Virus record (IMG/VR): IMGVR_UViG_2597490280_000001
Length of the DNA stretch: 64,000 bases
Direction: 5' to 3' (one strand)
From: a virus
Taxonomy: Duplodnaviria > Caudoviricetes
Shown here: piece by piece, positions 1-9,504 of the stretch
Position numbering within the stretch: the stretch's first letter is position 1
Layout: each line of letters starts with the position of its first letter
Notes under the pieces: model-generated
The model's database searches: none
Told to the model about the DNA's origin: nothing
The model's input: the letters and a program-made list of their open reading frames with translations, nothing else
Made by a program: the position numbers and the translations under genes

Positions 1-18
1 AAAAAGCAAACGAAGAAT

Positions 19-384
19 ATGAATACAGATAAATTAATAGAGACCCTTACAGACGCTATTATGGAATTACCTAAGTTTAGTCGTGAAGAGATAGAAAAGG
101 TGATTATAGCGCATGTTAATATCGAAAACAAACGCTCACAACGAAGCCGTAATAAAGTTAGGGATGCCCAGCTGATAAGCCTAGACTCCTATAAGAAGTC
201 AATAGATAGTAAGGTTTGGCTTAAGGACCAGGAGATCCAGCTTTATCGACGAAAGTTGCAGGAACTGACCAAAGGGACCGATCGATACAAAATTATTCGA
301 ACTCGAGTTGATAAAGCGTTGGCAAAGATTCTAAAAAACAAAGTAGAAAGCATAAAAAGAATTTGCCATGAAAATAACAATTGA
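19..384 (+). CDS. hypothetical phage protein
   Basis: 121-aa ORF overlapping the next ORF in a co-oriented run. Confidence 0.6.
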   Translation: MNTDKLIETLTDAIMELPKFSREEIEKVIIAHVNIENKRSQRSRNKVRDAQLISLDSYKKSIDSKVWLKDQEIQLYRRKLQELTKGTDRYKIIRTRVDKALAKILKNKVESIKRICHENNN

Positions 385-724
385 AGGTGTTACCATCGAA
401 TTAACAAAAGAGCAGATTCTTGAAATAGAAAAAGGTAAAGCACTCCAGGAACTAGAATGCAAAAGTTTTGAAAGAATACTCAAACATTTTGGATTTACAA
501 AAATGAGCACTAAAGGTTGGTTAGATTCTGATAAAAAATGTTATAAGCATGAATCTAATGGATGGTTTGCCGAAATTTTAGATCATAGAACATGGAAATG
601 CTGCTTTATGGCAGGAAGAGGATTGCCTCATCAAAAAACCCCTCCAGGAGGTTATTTATATGAATCACCTGAAAGCATTGCAAAGGTATTAAGAGATGCT
701 TTAGATAAAAAAGAAACATTATGA
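368..724 (+). CDS. hypothetical phage protein
   Basis: 118-aa ORF coupled to both neighbours. Confidence 0.6.
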   Translation: MKITIEGVTIELTKEQILEIEKGKALQELECKSFERILKHFGFTKMSTKGWLDSDKKCYKHESNGWFAEILDHRTWKCCFMAGRGLPHQKTPPGGYLYESPESIAKVLRDALDKKETL

Positions 725-1176
725 CACACTCCCAATTAGTTGATATTGCTCACAGTTTAGTCTTGAGAAAATTTTCATGCGGAGTGGCATTCAAAGAAAT
801 GATGACTGGCGCAACATCTGAAATTCCCGATGTTATAGGGTTTGGAGGAGGGGGCCACTCTGTATTGATAGAATGCAAAGTAAGCCGTTCGGATTATAAA
901 CGTAATGCCTTGAAGCAGCACAATTCGCCAATGGGAAAATACAGATTCTTTTGTGTGCCAGAAGGATTAGTAAAAATTGAAGAAGTGCCTAGAGGATGGG
1001 GATTGATCCAAGTTAATGAGAAAGGTAAACTACTTAACATCTACAATCCTTTTGATACTTATATTGGAGGTCCCGCTAGTATCCCAAAAGAAGAGCGTCA
1101 CTCCTTCAATATAGTTTGCCCTAGCGTTGAACGTAATTTCATGTACTCAGCACTGAGACGAATAAAAAAAGGATAG
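721..1176 (+). CDS. MmcB-like PD-(D/E)XK nuclease-fold protein
   Basis: EIPDVIGF...LIECKVSRSD...RFFCVPEGL...GWGLI motifs. Confidence 0.65.
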   Translation: MTHSQLVDIAHSLVLRKFSCGVAFKEMMTGATSEIPDVIGFGGGGHSVLIECKVSRSDYKRNALKQHNSPMGKYRFFCVPEGLVKIEEVPRGWGLIQVNEKGKLLNIYNPFDTYIGGPASIPKEERHSFNIVCPSVERNFMYSALRRIKKG

Positions 1177-1195
1177 GTATCACTACCTATCCTTT
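1168..1195. terminator. bidirectional intrinsic terminator
   Basis: AAAGGATAGGTA-tcac-TACCTATCCTTT hairpin between convergent genes. Confidence 0.7.
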
Positions 1196-1267
1196 CCCCT
1201 AAAATACAATGAAAACATCCGACTAATCACCAACAAACAACCAGTAGACAAATCAAATATAGTAAAA

Positions 1268-1284
1268 GATTAGTATAACTAAAC
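1268..1284. promoter_or_regulatory. 17-bp operator-like palindrome, copy 1
   Basis: GATTAGTATAACTAAAC; consensus GWTTAGT-N3-ACTAAWC. Confidence 0.7.
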
Positions 1285-1306
1285 TATTGTTGTTGATTTT
1301 TTATCT

Positions 1307-1828
1307 CTATTGATTCTTTGGAGGTGATTTTCTTCTTTTCACTCCAAAATACCAAAACAGAAAAGAGACAACTAGAATCAGCGCAACAGCTCCCCAAATC
1401 ATCCCCTTAATGCTAGGCTCAGTCACCACATTACTATCTTTCGTTTCATCTTTTAAACTCTCCCTTACCCTCCTATCAGCATCTTTTGCGTATTCCAAAT
1501 TACTATTTACTAAGGCAATACTATCAGTTTGTTTCTTCAAATCCTTATCCTCCCTCTGTTCAACCTCGCAATCCTTACACTTAATACCTGTAGACGTAAT
1601 TTCGATTTCACGCCCCTTTACAGTTGTTTTTATGCGGCCTTGATCAGTAGTTAATGTGATAGTATTTTGAGATTGCTGGACGTTTAATTTAGCTTTTTCC
1701 GATTCAGATTCTTTAACATCAGATTTCTGCTCGACTAAAGCAGATTGTTTGATCGTCGTTTTTTTTCGGAATAATCCGCACCCGTTAATTAGGGTGCAGA
1801 TTGTCAATAATAATATCAGTCTTTTCAT
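1307..1828 (-). CDS. putative unimolecular spanin (lipoprotein with C-terminal TMD)
   Basis: lipoprotein-type signal ending LING-C; C-terminal TMD IWGAVALILVVSFLFWYFGV plus basic tail; in lysis cassette. Confidence 0.65.
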   Translation of the reverse strand: MKRLILLLTICTLINGCGLFRKKTTIKQSALVEQKSDVKESESEKAKLNVQQSQNTITLTTDQGRIKTTVKGREIEITSTGIKCKDCEVEQREDKDLKKQTDSIALVNSNLEYAKDADRRVRESLKDETKDSNVVTEPSIKGMIWGAVALILVVSFLFWYFGVKRRKSPPKNQ

Positions 1829-2204
1829 TTTGCTTTCTCTCTAATATTTCCCGAAGCTTTACAACTTCATTTTGAAGGATATCACGTTCATCTCTTATTC
1901 TTTTTAGAGCAGACTTACAAGCGTGATTATCTGTTTTCAAACTGTCAATCGCACCGTTTAAAGCGGACACAGTATCTTCTAGCGTAGATATAACAGAACG
2001 CAAGTCTCCTATCGTTTTTTCATGTTCTGTACCTCTTTGCTTCTCCCTATCCGCAAGATCCTTGTACTCATCGAATAGCTTCTTAGCATTATCTACATTT
2101 GTTGTGTCGATATCTGCTTTCTGCTTTGGTCTTCCTGCTAACCAACCCCCGACAAAGGATCCTACAGGAAGTCCAAAACGCTCTAATACGTCTAGTATCT
2201 CCAT
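1785..2204 (-). CDS. holin-like / membrane-anchored coiled-coil lysis protein
   Basis: short N-terminal hydrophobic segment then coiled coil; between amidase and spanin. Confidence 0.45.
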   Translation of the reverse strand: MEILDVLERFGLPVGSFVGGWLAGRPKQKADIDTTNVDNAKKLFDEYKDLADREKQRGTEHEKTIGDLRSVISTLEDTVSALNGAIDSLKTDNHACKSALKRIRDERDILQNEVVKLREILERKQNEKTDIIIDNLHPN

Positions 2205-2213
2205 ATTTCCATT

Positions 2214-2753
2214 TTAGTTTAAGTCGTATTTAGCAATCACTTTTACCGTAAAGCAGGCTAGATTCATTTTATTCCTGTCGTATGCAGCCATGTCGCTCGC
2301 ATTGTCAATGAAACAAATTTCAGGCAGACAAACAGCACCTTTCTTACGCATAAGTGCAAGTTTACCCCTAGCTGATTGGGATTCCGTTTTAACGCCACGA
2401 TTTGGGATATCCATAATCTTAGCATAGCCGGCTACTAGTTCCTTTGCCATAGCCTTTGATCTATCATTTGCATTATCAGCAACCAACACCTCTACTCCAG
2501 AAGCCTTACCGTTGAACGCGTTAAAATGAGGTTCAATAACGACATCTTTATCGGTTGGTTCAATACGGCCTAGATATTGCCCTAATGTTTCAGTATCCTT
2601 GTCTTGAACCACTGTCCTACCCATTACTACCAATTCTTCGTTAACTAAATCCCGAAATATCATAGTTTCTTCGTTTTCTTTTCGACCGTTTACTCCTATT
2701 GCGCCTGAGTCTTTTAAATGATGTCCTGCACTTGAATATGTTGTTTTTTTCAT
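2214..2753 (-). CDS. endolysin, N-acetylmuramoyl-L-alanine amidase (Amidase_3)
   Basis: SAGH, E, HFNA and PEICFIDN zinc-amidase motifs. Confidence 0.85.
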   Translation of the reverse strand: MKKTTYSSAGHHLKDSGAIGVNGRKENEETMIFRDLVNEELVVMGRTVVQDKDTETLGQYLGRIEPTDKDVVIEPHFNAFNGKASGVEVLVADNANDRSKAMAKELVAGYAKIMDIPNRGVKTESQSARGKLALMRKKGAVCLPEICFIDNASDMAAYDRNKMNLACFTVKVIAKYDLN

Positions 2754-2872
2754 GTAATCCCCTTCTTATTTTAAAGGAGTAGCTTTATAGGCTACTACTT
2801 GTAATTTCTTTATTTTTATTTTCACATTCGAAGCTCTTTATTAAGGATAAGCCCTTTTGTCATATCTTCATG

Positions 2873-5833
2873 TTATCCTATTTTTAATTCAATATGTCCT
2901 TGTCCTTCAGTAAGATTAACTTTAACTGTTATTGATCCTGTTGCAATTTCACTTACAAGCTCTACTCCTTTTGAATCTAAGACAGTTATTTTTTTCCCCG
3001 AGAACTCTACAGGGATATCTAATCGATCGTATCCGCTTACGTGATAATCAGCAAATACATATAAAGCATCATTAGCAATAGAATAGTCAAAAGATGTTCT
3101 TACTGGCCCTACATTAGTAAGGTCTACAATATTTCTAAATGCGACTATTGAAAAATATGTGCCTGCATCTTTTACCTGACCCAAATCAATCCCTTTCGGA
3201 TACAACTTTTTAGTTGTATTCAGGAATATTGCATCATTAACTAGTGATTCCCTATTAACAGAGTCTCCAAGATCTCTGATATATCCTAAATGAATACCAT
3301 AATTACCAGGAATAAAATTCATTACTCGAATTGGTGATTTTAAAGGATCTTCCCAAAAACTATCTTTTGTTAAATGTACTGCAGACGTGGGCGCAGCATA
3401 CAAAGGCGCCAATCGGTAATCAACTCCGCCAAAAGTTTTTGATCGTGGGATGTAAATCCTAGCAGATGATGAAGACAGTGCACTCGCCTGAGTAAAGGAA
3501 TGATAATTAAACTTTAATTTTTTGTAAAGATAAAAGTCATGGTAAATAGTGCATTTACCTGCATATCTAAACTCGTAAATAATGGAATGTGAGAAAAGAG
3601 CTTCAGCGTTAAAACTATTCAGATTAGGATTACTTGTATATCCCCCTGATGGGCGATTAGCAGTCAGTTTTATTAATACACTATCAAGATCAAGAATGTC
3701 GTAGTTTTCGGATATTTTAATGACACTTCCTGATGTAGTTCCATCTACGGCCTCAATGCCATCAACATATACCTTACTGTACTTTATTTTTACAAAGTTG
3801 AAAAGATTTCCCAAAGACGTTTGTGTATACCCTGAAATATTTCCTGTATTTACACCGTTGCTCTTATGCGTTAGCGCCCCGTTAACAGCAGGAAAATTAT
3901 AAGAATATCCATCTGTAGCAATATTTCTCGCAACTACAACTAAATTGTTTGCGTCTATTATTCTTGTTATAACAAAATCCCTGGGAGATTCATCCGTATA
4001 AATAGATCCTATGTCAGAAAATGTTTTCCCATGAGATGTTAATGTAAGCTGTTTAGCGTATGACCATCCATGATTTCCTCCAATAAATCTTCCTGAACCG
4101 TCACTTGTATCGAAAATATTAACAGGGGCCACATCATCATTACTGTTTTTGAATAATACTCCAGACACATAATCGCTTTGTAAATTAAAATTTGGATTAC
4201 TGAGATTATCTGCTCCTAATCTTGTAATGAAATTAGTAGTGAAAATAGTGTTGTCGCTGATTCCGTTTACGGAATATGAATTTCCATTTTTAAATAACCA
4301 ATTTCTTGATATACTGGTTTCAGGTAAATATTGGCTTTTAATAGTTGTGTAACCAAAAGGCTCGTACTTTGTCGGCATAACATTACCGTCGACGATCATC
4401 AATGTTGCGTCGTCTCCACTTATAATTGTACCATTATCAAAAACATAAACAGCGGAAACATATTTAACGACATTGCCACCAACAAGCGGCTTTCTAAATA
4501 CTCCAGTAATACCTTTACCATTCGCAATGGGATCATAATTACTGAACTCTGTTCCGTCATCTTTTACAGGATTTACCGGATTAATTCCATCAATTGAAAA
4601 TCTTAAATTACCATTACTTGACGTCCTTCCTGAGATTGCAATATGTGTTTTAGTATCGTCTAACCTTAACCATTTCGTTGTTTTACTATTTAAGCTGTCG
4701 GTTCTCAATGCTCCCGTGGTAGAATTAATGTAACCAACATCGAACACAGATTTATCAAACAGATTATTGCTTTTATTAAGTAATTGAGTATACTTAACAG
4801 ATTCAGGTATTAAATCTTCGCGAACTTCAACCTTAACACCTTGATTGTCTTTCTTAACAAAGGTGCTGCCTAAAATCTGCATGATTACTGTAGATCCTAT
4901 ATTTAAATTGGTGACAAATACCATTGCACTTGCAGGCGGAGTAAAATCTCCCTCTTGATTAAATGACAAAGTATAATTGGAACGTCCAGTTGGTTTTAAT
5001 TGTGACCCGTTAACATCTAAAAAAACAACTGAAAAAGCAGAACCTGAATCGCGGTTAGCTTTAATGTGATATTCAAGCAATTCAACAGGTACCGCAATCA
5101 TTTTAGAAGCAGAATCATTAACAATACCTGTATTATTATCAATTCTTCCAATAATCTGATAAGATTTTTTAAACAAATCAATCTGACCTTTTAATAAATC
5201 TGACTCTTTTAATAAGTTAGAATTTATCACATCTGATATCTTCCTAACATATGTATTAGAAAATACTCCATCTTGATTAACAACCTCCACTCCCCCTTCA
5301 ATTACTTTATTGGTGCCGAGAGCTACAGGCAACAACTGCATCTTTGGAATACTCCAAATTTCCGTAGCACCATTCCAATAAACCATCCCGTCGTTACCCT
5401 CGGGCAATCCATCCGTGCCAGTTGGATTTTTTAAGACAATATTGTTGTACTTCCAGTATCCCCAACTAGCATCGAACCACCTGTTTTGTCCAGAAGGTCC
5501 GGCAGACAATGCAATTGCTGTAGCTGCAGTCGCACCTCCCTGAATAGCTGGAATTGATTCAGTTATCGTTGCCCAGGCTGCATCTTGGATTTCTTGAGTA
5601 ATATCCGTCTGATTTTTTAGACCAGCCAATTTTGTAAGTTGATCTTGAGTCAGCTGATCCAATCGTAACCACTCATCTTCTTTTAAAGATGCAGAATATA
5701 AGCTTCCATCAGCAGCTACTTTCCAATCTTCCCACCGATACGAACTTCCAACACTTTTAATTATTCTAATTTCGTCCCCTTGCTCAAAAATAGCTCCTTC
5801 GGGAAGTGTATCTATGTATTTATACTTTTGCAT
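2873..5833 (-). CDS. tail fibre / receptor-binding protein
   Basis: 986 aa, beta-rich (G/S/T/N) modules, at the distal end of the structural operon. Confidence 0.55.
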   Translation of the reverse strand: MQKYKYIDTLPEGAIFEQGDEIRIIKSVGSSYRWEDWKVAADGSLYSASLKEDEWLRLDQLTQDQLTKLAGLKNQTDITQEIQDAAWATITESIPAIQGGATAATAIALSAGPSGQNRWFDASWGYWKYNNIVLKNPTGTDGLPEGNDGMVYWNGATEIWSIPKMQLLPVALGTNKVIEGGVEVVNQDGVFSNTYVRKISDVINSNLLKESDLLKGQIDLFKKSYQIIGRIDNNTGIVNDSASKMIAVPVELLEYHIKANRDSGSAFSVVFLDVNGSQLKPTGRSNYTLSFNQEGDFTPPASAMVFVTNLNIGSTVIMQILGSTFVKKDNQGVKVEVREDLIPESVKYTQLLNKSNNLFDKSVFDVGYINSTTGALRTDSLNSKTTKWLRLDDTKTHIAISGRTSSNGNLRFSIDGINPVNPVKDDGTEFSNYDPIANGKGITGVFRKPLVGGNVVKYVSAVYVFDNGTIISGDDATLMIVDGNVMPTKYEPFGYTTIKSQYLPETSISRNWLFKNGNSYSVNGISDNTIFTTNFITRLGADNLSNPNFNLQSDYVSGVLFKNSNDDVAPVNIFDTSDGSGRFIGGNHGWSYAKQLTLTSHGKTFSDIGSIYTDESPRDFVITRIIDANNLVVVARNIATDGYSYNFPAVNGALTHKSNGVNTGNISGYTQTSLGNLFNFVKIKYSKVYVDGIEAVDGTTSGSVIKISENYDILDLDSVLIKLTANRPSGGYTSNPNLNSFNAEALFSHSIIYEFRYAGKCTIYHDFYLYKKLKFNYHSFTQASALSSSSARIYIPRSKTFGGVDYRLAPLYAAPTSAVHLTKDSFWEDPLKSPIRVMNFIPGNYGIHLGYIRDLGDSVNRESLVNDAIFLNTTKKLYPKGIDLGQVKDAGTYFSIVAFRNIVDLTNVGPVRTSFDYSIANDALYVFADYHVSGYDRLDIPVEFSGKKITVLDSKGVELVSEIATGSITVKVNLTEGQGHIELKIG

Positions 5834-5844
5834 TATCTCAATAT

Positions 5845-6075
5845 TTAAGCGTTATCTCCAAACTCAAAAATTCCGTTAGCAACATTTACTGGTCGATTCA
5901 ACCATTCATCAAAAGTCATATCTTCGGGTATAGCACCAGCTTCTTTAGCTAACTCAAAATCCGACAGAGCAGCTACAGGAACAGCAATCGTGGTATTAGT
6001 TTGCGTTTGCTCCTCAGTCATTAAGCGACCGCATGTAGCACAGCAATTTTCACATCCATTCATATGTTTATCCAT
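5845..6075 (-). CDS. hypothetical protein (Cys-rich N-terminus)
   Basis: CENCCATC; coupled within the tail operon. Confidence 0.55.
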   Translation of the reverse strand: MDKHMNGCENCCATCGRLMTEEQTQTNTTIAVPVAALSDFELAKEAGAIPEDMTFDEWLNRPVNVANGIFEFGDNA

Positions 6076-6325
6076 TTATTAGGTTAAATATTTTAGATAC
6101 CTCATCTGCATCTAGAACATTATAAAATTCAGCGGGCTCAAACTCTCCTGTTTTGTACCCACGCAAAGCTTCTAAAGCACAGTAAATTGGTTTTATAGTA
6201 CAAACCACATTATCAATACCCAATCCCGATTTCATAGCCAAATAACCCGCATATACAGCTTCTTGGAACAAGACTTCAGCCTTGGCCAATAAGGCTTCAA
6301 ACTCAACAGCAGATACCGTTATCAT
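6068..6325 (-). CDS. hypothetical protein
   Basis: overlaps both neighbours. Confidence 0.55.
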   Translation of the reverse strand: MITVSAVEFEALLAKAEVLFQEAVYAGYLAMKSGLGIDNVVCTIKPIYCALEALRGYKTGEFEPAEFYNVLDADEVSKIFNLING

Positions 6326-7091
6326 CGATCACGTTTTTTAATAGTTTACATCTAGCCACTAACAATTCATCAGCCTTAACATATTCTTCAGCATCATAAT
6401 AAAGTTTAGCAGCCTCCTTGTTAGCCATCGCTACACAAATGGTATCCAAAGCCAGAGCATTACAACGGCCTGTGATAGCCACAGCTTTCTGCAATTGATA
6501 ATCACCTTCTGATCTTAAAAATGCTTTATCATTAGCCCGGTACAGGACATCAAATGAAGTAGCATCCACATCAAAACTTCCCAACACATAAAGCACCGTA
6601 TAGCCATTATGATCTTTATTTTTATCCAACTCATATACTACACCATCTATCAAAATAGCATCTGCATCATAAACTGAAAGAAATGATTCACCAGTTACAA
6701 ATGAAGCCCCCTTAGTAATTACCACACCAGACAGACCATCAAATTGCACGTACATATTTATATCTACGATACCGTCAGAAAATATTGATGAGGCTAAATC
6801 TTGAAATCCTGTTGAATCCTTAAAAAGAGAAGAAGTGATTTTAAATGGGATACCCATAGCGATTTTTGAAGGCACCAGAACAGCAGAATTTGTACCATCA
6901 ATGAGAGTCCACAGCTTTTCCACCATGTCAATACGAGAAAAGGAAATATGATAAGCTTTTATCTGACCAGGTTGGACAGACGAATATCCAGTCACACGAC
7001 CAAAAGATTGGTGGCCTGTCGCATCTTTCAATACGATTTCCCTTCCACTTCGGTCTTGCCCCTGGAATTGTAGTTTAACTTGTAACGCCAT
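6303..7091 (-). CDS. putative tail-associated structural protein
   Basis: 262 aa; first gene of the tail fibre/lysis unit, preceded by TAACTTTG (minus strand, 7148-7155). Confidence 0.5.
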   Translation of the reverse strand: MALQVKLQFQGQDRSGREIVLKDATGHQSFGRVTGYSSVQPGQIKAYHISFSRIDMVEKLWTLIDGTNSAVLVPSKIAMGIPFKITSSLFKDSTGFQDLASSIFSDGIVDINMYVQFDGLSGVVITKGASFVTGESFLSVYDADAILIDGVVYELDKNKDHNGYTVLYVLGSFDVDATSFDVLYRANDKAFLRSEGDYQLQKAVAITGRCNALALDTICVAMANKEAAKLYYDAEEYVKADELLVARCKLLKNVIDDNGICC

Positions 7092-7163
7092 AGTTCATTA
7101 TTAAAGTAAACCACCAATGCTACAAGGCCTTTAACAACAAACTACTCCAAAGTTAATAAAAAA

Positions 7164-7180
7164 GTTTAGTACAACTAATC
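7164..7180. promoter_or_regulatory. 17-bp operator-like palindrome, copy 2
   Basis: GTTTAGTACAACTAATC just upstream of the leftward -7 element. Confidence 0.7.
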
Positions 7181-7190
7181 TATTAGCGCA

Positions 7191-7228
7191 AAAAAATAGG
7201 AGCTTCGATTAGAAGCCCCCTATTTTTT
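7191..7228. terminator. intrinsic terminator after the antirepressor gene
   Basis: AAAAAATAGGAGCTTC...GAAGCCCCCTATTTTTT hairpin. Confidence 0.6.
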
Positions 7229-7901
7229 ATTTTATAAATTCCTGTAACACACTGACAGGATAATTATTTACACCATTTTTCCATTTCTCCGACCACTCGT
7301 TACGCACACCTATACCCTTATTAATACAATGCCGGTTTACATCTTTGCTGATACGTATCACCTCAAACTTATTCATGAAAGAATTATTTTTATATTTTCT
7401 CAAATAATCTGTAACCGAAAGATACTCTTCCTCTTTTACAACTTGTACTTTTTTGACTTGTTCCGATGGCAATGGCCGTGTAAATTTCATATTATCAATA
7501 GGAATAGGCTGATTGGCCTTTAAAGCCTTTACCTCCTCCTCCAAGATTAACAATCTTTCTGCAATAACACCACTTAGTAAAGCATTATTATTTGAATTGT
7601 TTGCTCGACGTTCACACGCTATGAAATATTTACGCGCTTGCCTACCTTTATCATTAGCCTCAACCATGGCCAGCTCTTTTGCCGTGTCCAAAGTTAAGGC
7701 ATATTCGATTGATGTAGCGTTGTTCGCTTCCACTTTTTGGGTGAAGCGAGAAAAGTCATCATTTTCAACGAACCCGTATTTTTGTATTCGTTGTTTAATC
7801 CATGTAGAAAAGTCTCTTTTACTTTCTAGAAATTCATGAAGTTCCCTTGCAGACACAACGGACTGTCCGTTGTGATCATTGATTTTAATAATCTCTTCCA
7901 T
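7227..7901 (-). CDS. AntA/AntB family antirepressor
   Basis: VSARELHEFLESKRDFSTWIKQRI...YALTLDTAKELAMVE...GRQARKYFI. Confidence 0.9.
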   Translation of the reverse strand: MEEIIKINDHNGQSVVSARELHEFLESKRDFSTWIKQRIQKYGFVENDDFSRFTQKVEANNATSIEYALTLDTAKELAMVEANDKGRQARKYFIACERRANNSNNNALLSGVIAERLLILEEEVKALKANQPIPIDNMKFTRPLPSEQVKKVQVVKEEEYLSVTDYLRKYKNNSFMNKFEVIRISKDVNRHCINKGIGVRNEWSEKWKNGVNNYPVSVLQEFIK

Positions 7902-8197
7902 TACGCTAACCTCCCTTTCCTAAGTACGATATTCAATACTTCTTTACGTTCCATTAGTTTAGTCACATCCCTCAACTTCGTATACAGAAATACAAAAGTG
8001 TGGCGGTCACTTTCTTCAAGAGATGAAAATGATTCCGAAGGAATGATACTTTCCATAAATTCATTTAGAAAAAGATTTACATCATCAGATGTCAGATAGT
8101 CAAAGAAAAGATCATTTAAGATTCTTTTAATTTCTAGGTCTAGTTCTTTACCGCTTAGCTTAGCAGATTTTGATTGGTTTGTTTGTAAGGTTCGCAT
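7901..8197 (-). CDS. small ORF upstream of the antirepressor (icd-like position)
   Basis: 98 aa, coupled to the antirepressor; start region complementary to the upstream structured RNA. Confidence 0.6.
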   Translation of the reverse strand: MRTLQTNQSKSAKLSGKELDLEIKRILNDLFFDYLTSDDVNLFLNEFMESIIPSESFSSLEESDRHTFVFLYTKLRDVTKLMERKEVLNIVLRKGRLA

Positions 8198-8218
8198 TTT
8201 ACTTGATTTACAGGCAAC

Positions 8219-8300
8219 AAAAAGCCCCTGCCTAGTGGGGTGCGAACCTAAATGAAGTCAATAGAAAACTATTGAGAATCAAAACCACGTCGACAGGGGT
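8219..8300 (-). ncRNA. c4-like antisense RNA in the antirepressor leader
   Basis: closing stem 8224-8232/8292-8300, inner hairpin 8258-8275, two segments complementary to the start region of ORF 7901..8197. Confidence 0.6.
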
Positions 8301-8411
8301 AAACCTGTATAATTATGCAAATACCTAGTATCAGCTTATTTTTTGTAAAGAAATTTTATAGAAGCCCTCTACTACTTCATTTAAGTTCGCAATTCAAAAC
8401 TGCAAAACTTT

Positions 8412-8442
8412 TTTGATACTGCCAAATAAAATTTTACTTTTG
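8412..8442 (+). promoter_or_regulatory. Bacteroidota sigma-70-type promoter for moron genes
   Basis: TTTG (8412) -19 nt- TACTTTTG (8435). Confidence 0.55.
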
Positions 8443-8556
8443 AATGAAATGTAAACAACAAAACCGAAGAGGTTTACAAAAGTAATTAAATAGTTTACAT
8501 TTTAATAATAAAGTTTACAAAATAGCAATTATTAATTATTAACCAATTGATTTACA

Positions 8557-9033
8557 ATGAAATATATTTTATTTTCAGCTGTACTCATTTTTTTATCATT
8601 TAACGCCCACAGCCAAAGCTTTGAAGAGACTTTAAAGTTTATTCAAACAAATATCAATGAATTTCAGTATAAAAATCCCGCCAGTCTATTAAGTCATAGT
8701 CATGAAATTACAGTTAGTCAATATGGTGAAATGTCAGTTCATAGAATTATCAACAATGAATTAAAGTCAAAAACAAAAGTATATCTACAGAATGTAGACA
8801 CTTCTGTAGTTGAAACGATAGATAGAAATATGTATCGCCTTTGGCTAGGTTCTACCTCTTTAAAACCTTTTACAATCTTATCAATAGATGATGGTAATAA
8901 CATAGAAACGAATGATTCTATAGCTTTCTTGATGGGAAGCTTAATAGATTCTAATAAACTAGCTAATGCTTTTAAGCATCTAATAAAACTAGCTAAAGAA
9001 AACCCAAATTTTAGAGAAAAAGATATATTTTAA
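8557..9033 (+). CDS. secreted moron protein
   Basis: signal peptide MKYILFSAVLIFLSFNAHS-Q; AT-rich; opposite strand to the structural genes. Confidence 0.65.
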   Translation: MKYILFSAVLIFLSFNAHSQSFEETLKFIQTNINEFQYKNPASLLSHSHEITVSQYGEMSVHRIINNELKSKTKVYLQNVDTSVVETIDRNMYRLWLGSTSLKPFTILSIDDGNNIETNDSIAFLMGSLIDSNKLANAFKHLIKLAKENPNFREKDIF

Positions 9034-9043
9034 GTGTTATATT

Positions 9044-9475
9044 ATGAAAAAATTATTTACATTTTTATTAATCATCACTACACTTTCTTTCATTAGTTGT
9101 AGCAAGGACGATGATACCAAACCGTCAATTTCAATAATTGGAAAATGGAAATTATTGAAAGCGTCATTCTATAATCCAGTTACAAAAACAGATAACGAAT
9201 TTAATATTGATTATAATCCGTACTTAACATTAGATTATAAATCTGGTAATCAAGTCGAGATTTCAGGATATAACACAAATAATAAGTTTGTTACTAATAC
9301 ATATTCATATTCAGAAAATGGTTCAAATAATTATGAAATAAAAATATCAGAAAGTAAGATATTAAGCGCTTATTTAGACAATTCAACCAAAGAGTTAAAA
9401 ATAACTTATTTATATAGCACCCTTAATCCATCTGCAAGTGAAGATTATAATTGCACTAATTCCTATAAAAAATAA
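9044..9475 (+). CDS. lipocalin-like lipoprotein (moron)
   Basis: lipobox FIS-C, acidic SKDDD signal, IIGKWKL motif. Confidence 0.7.
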   Translation: MKKLFTFLLIITTLSFISCSKDDDTKPSISIIGKWKLLKASFYNPVTKTDNEFNIDYNPYLTLDYKSGNQVEISGYNTNNKFVTNTYSYSENGSNNYEIKISESKILSAYLDNSTKELKITYLYSTLNPSASEDYNCTNSYKK

Positions 9476-9477
9476 CA

Positions 9478-9503
9478 AAGGGGCATTGCAAAATGCCCCT
9501 TTA
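9478..9503. terminator. bidirectional terminator
   Basis: AAAGGGGCATT-gcaa-AATGCCCCTTT between convergent genes. Confidence 0.7.
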
Positions 9504-9504
9504 T

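Noticed and set aside
2873-5833. Tail fibre as the DGR target
   Set aside because: No TR-like sequence noticed in this gene by eye; an exhaustive alignment was not possible
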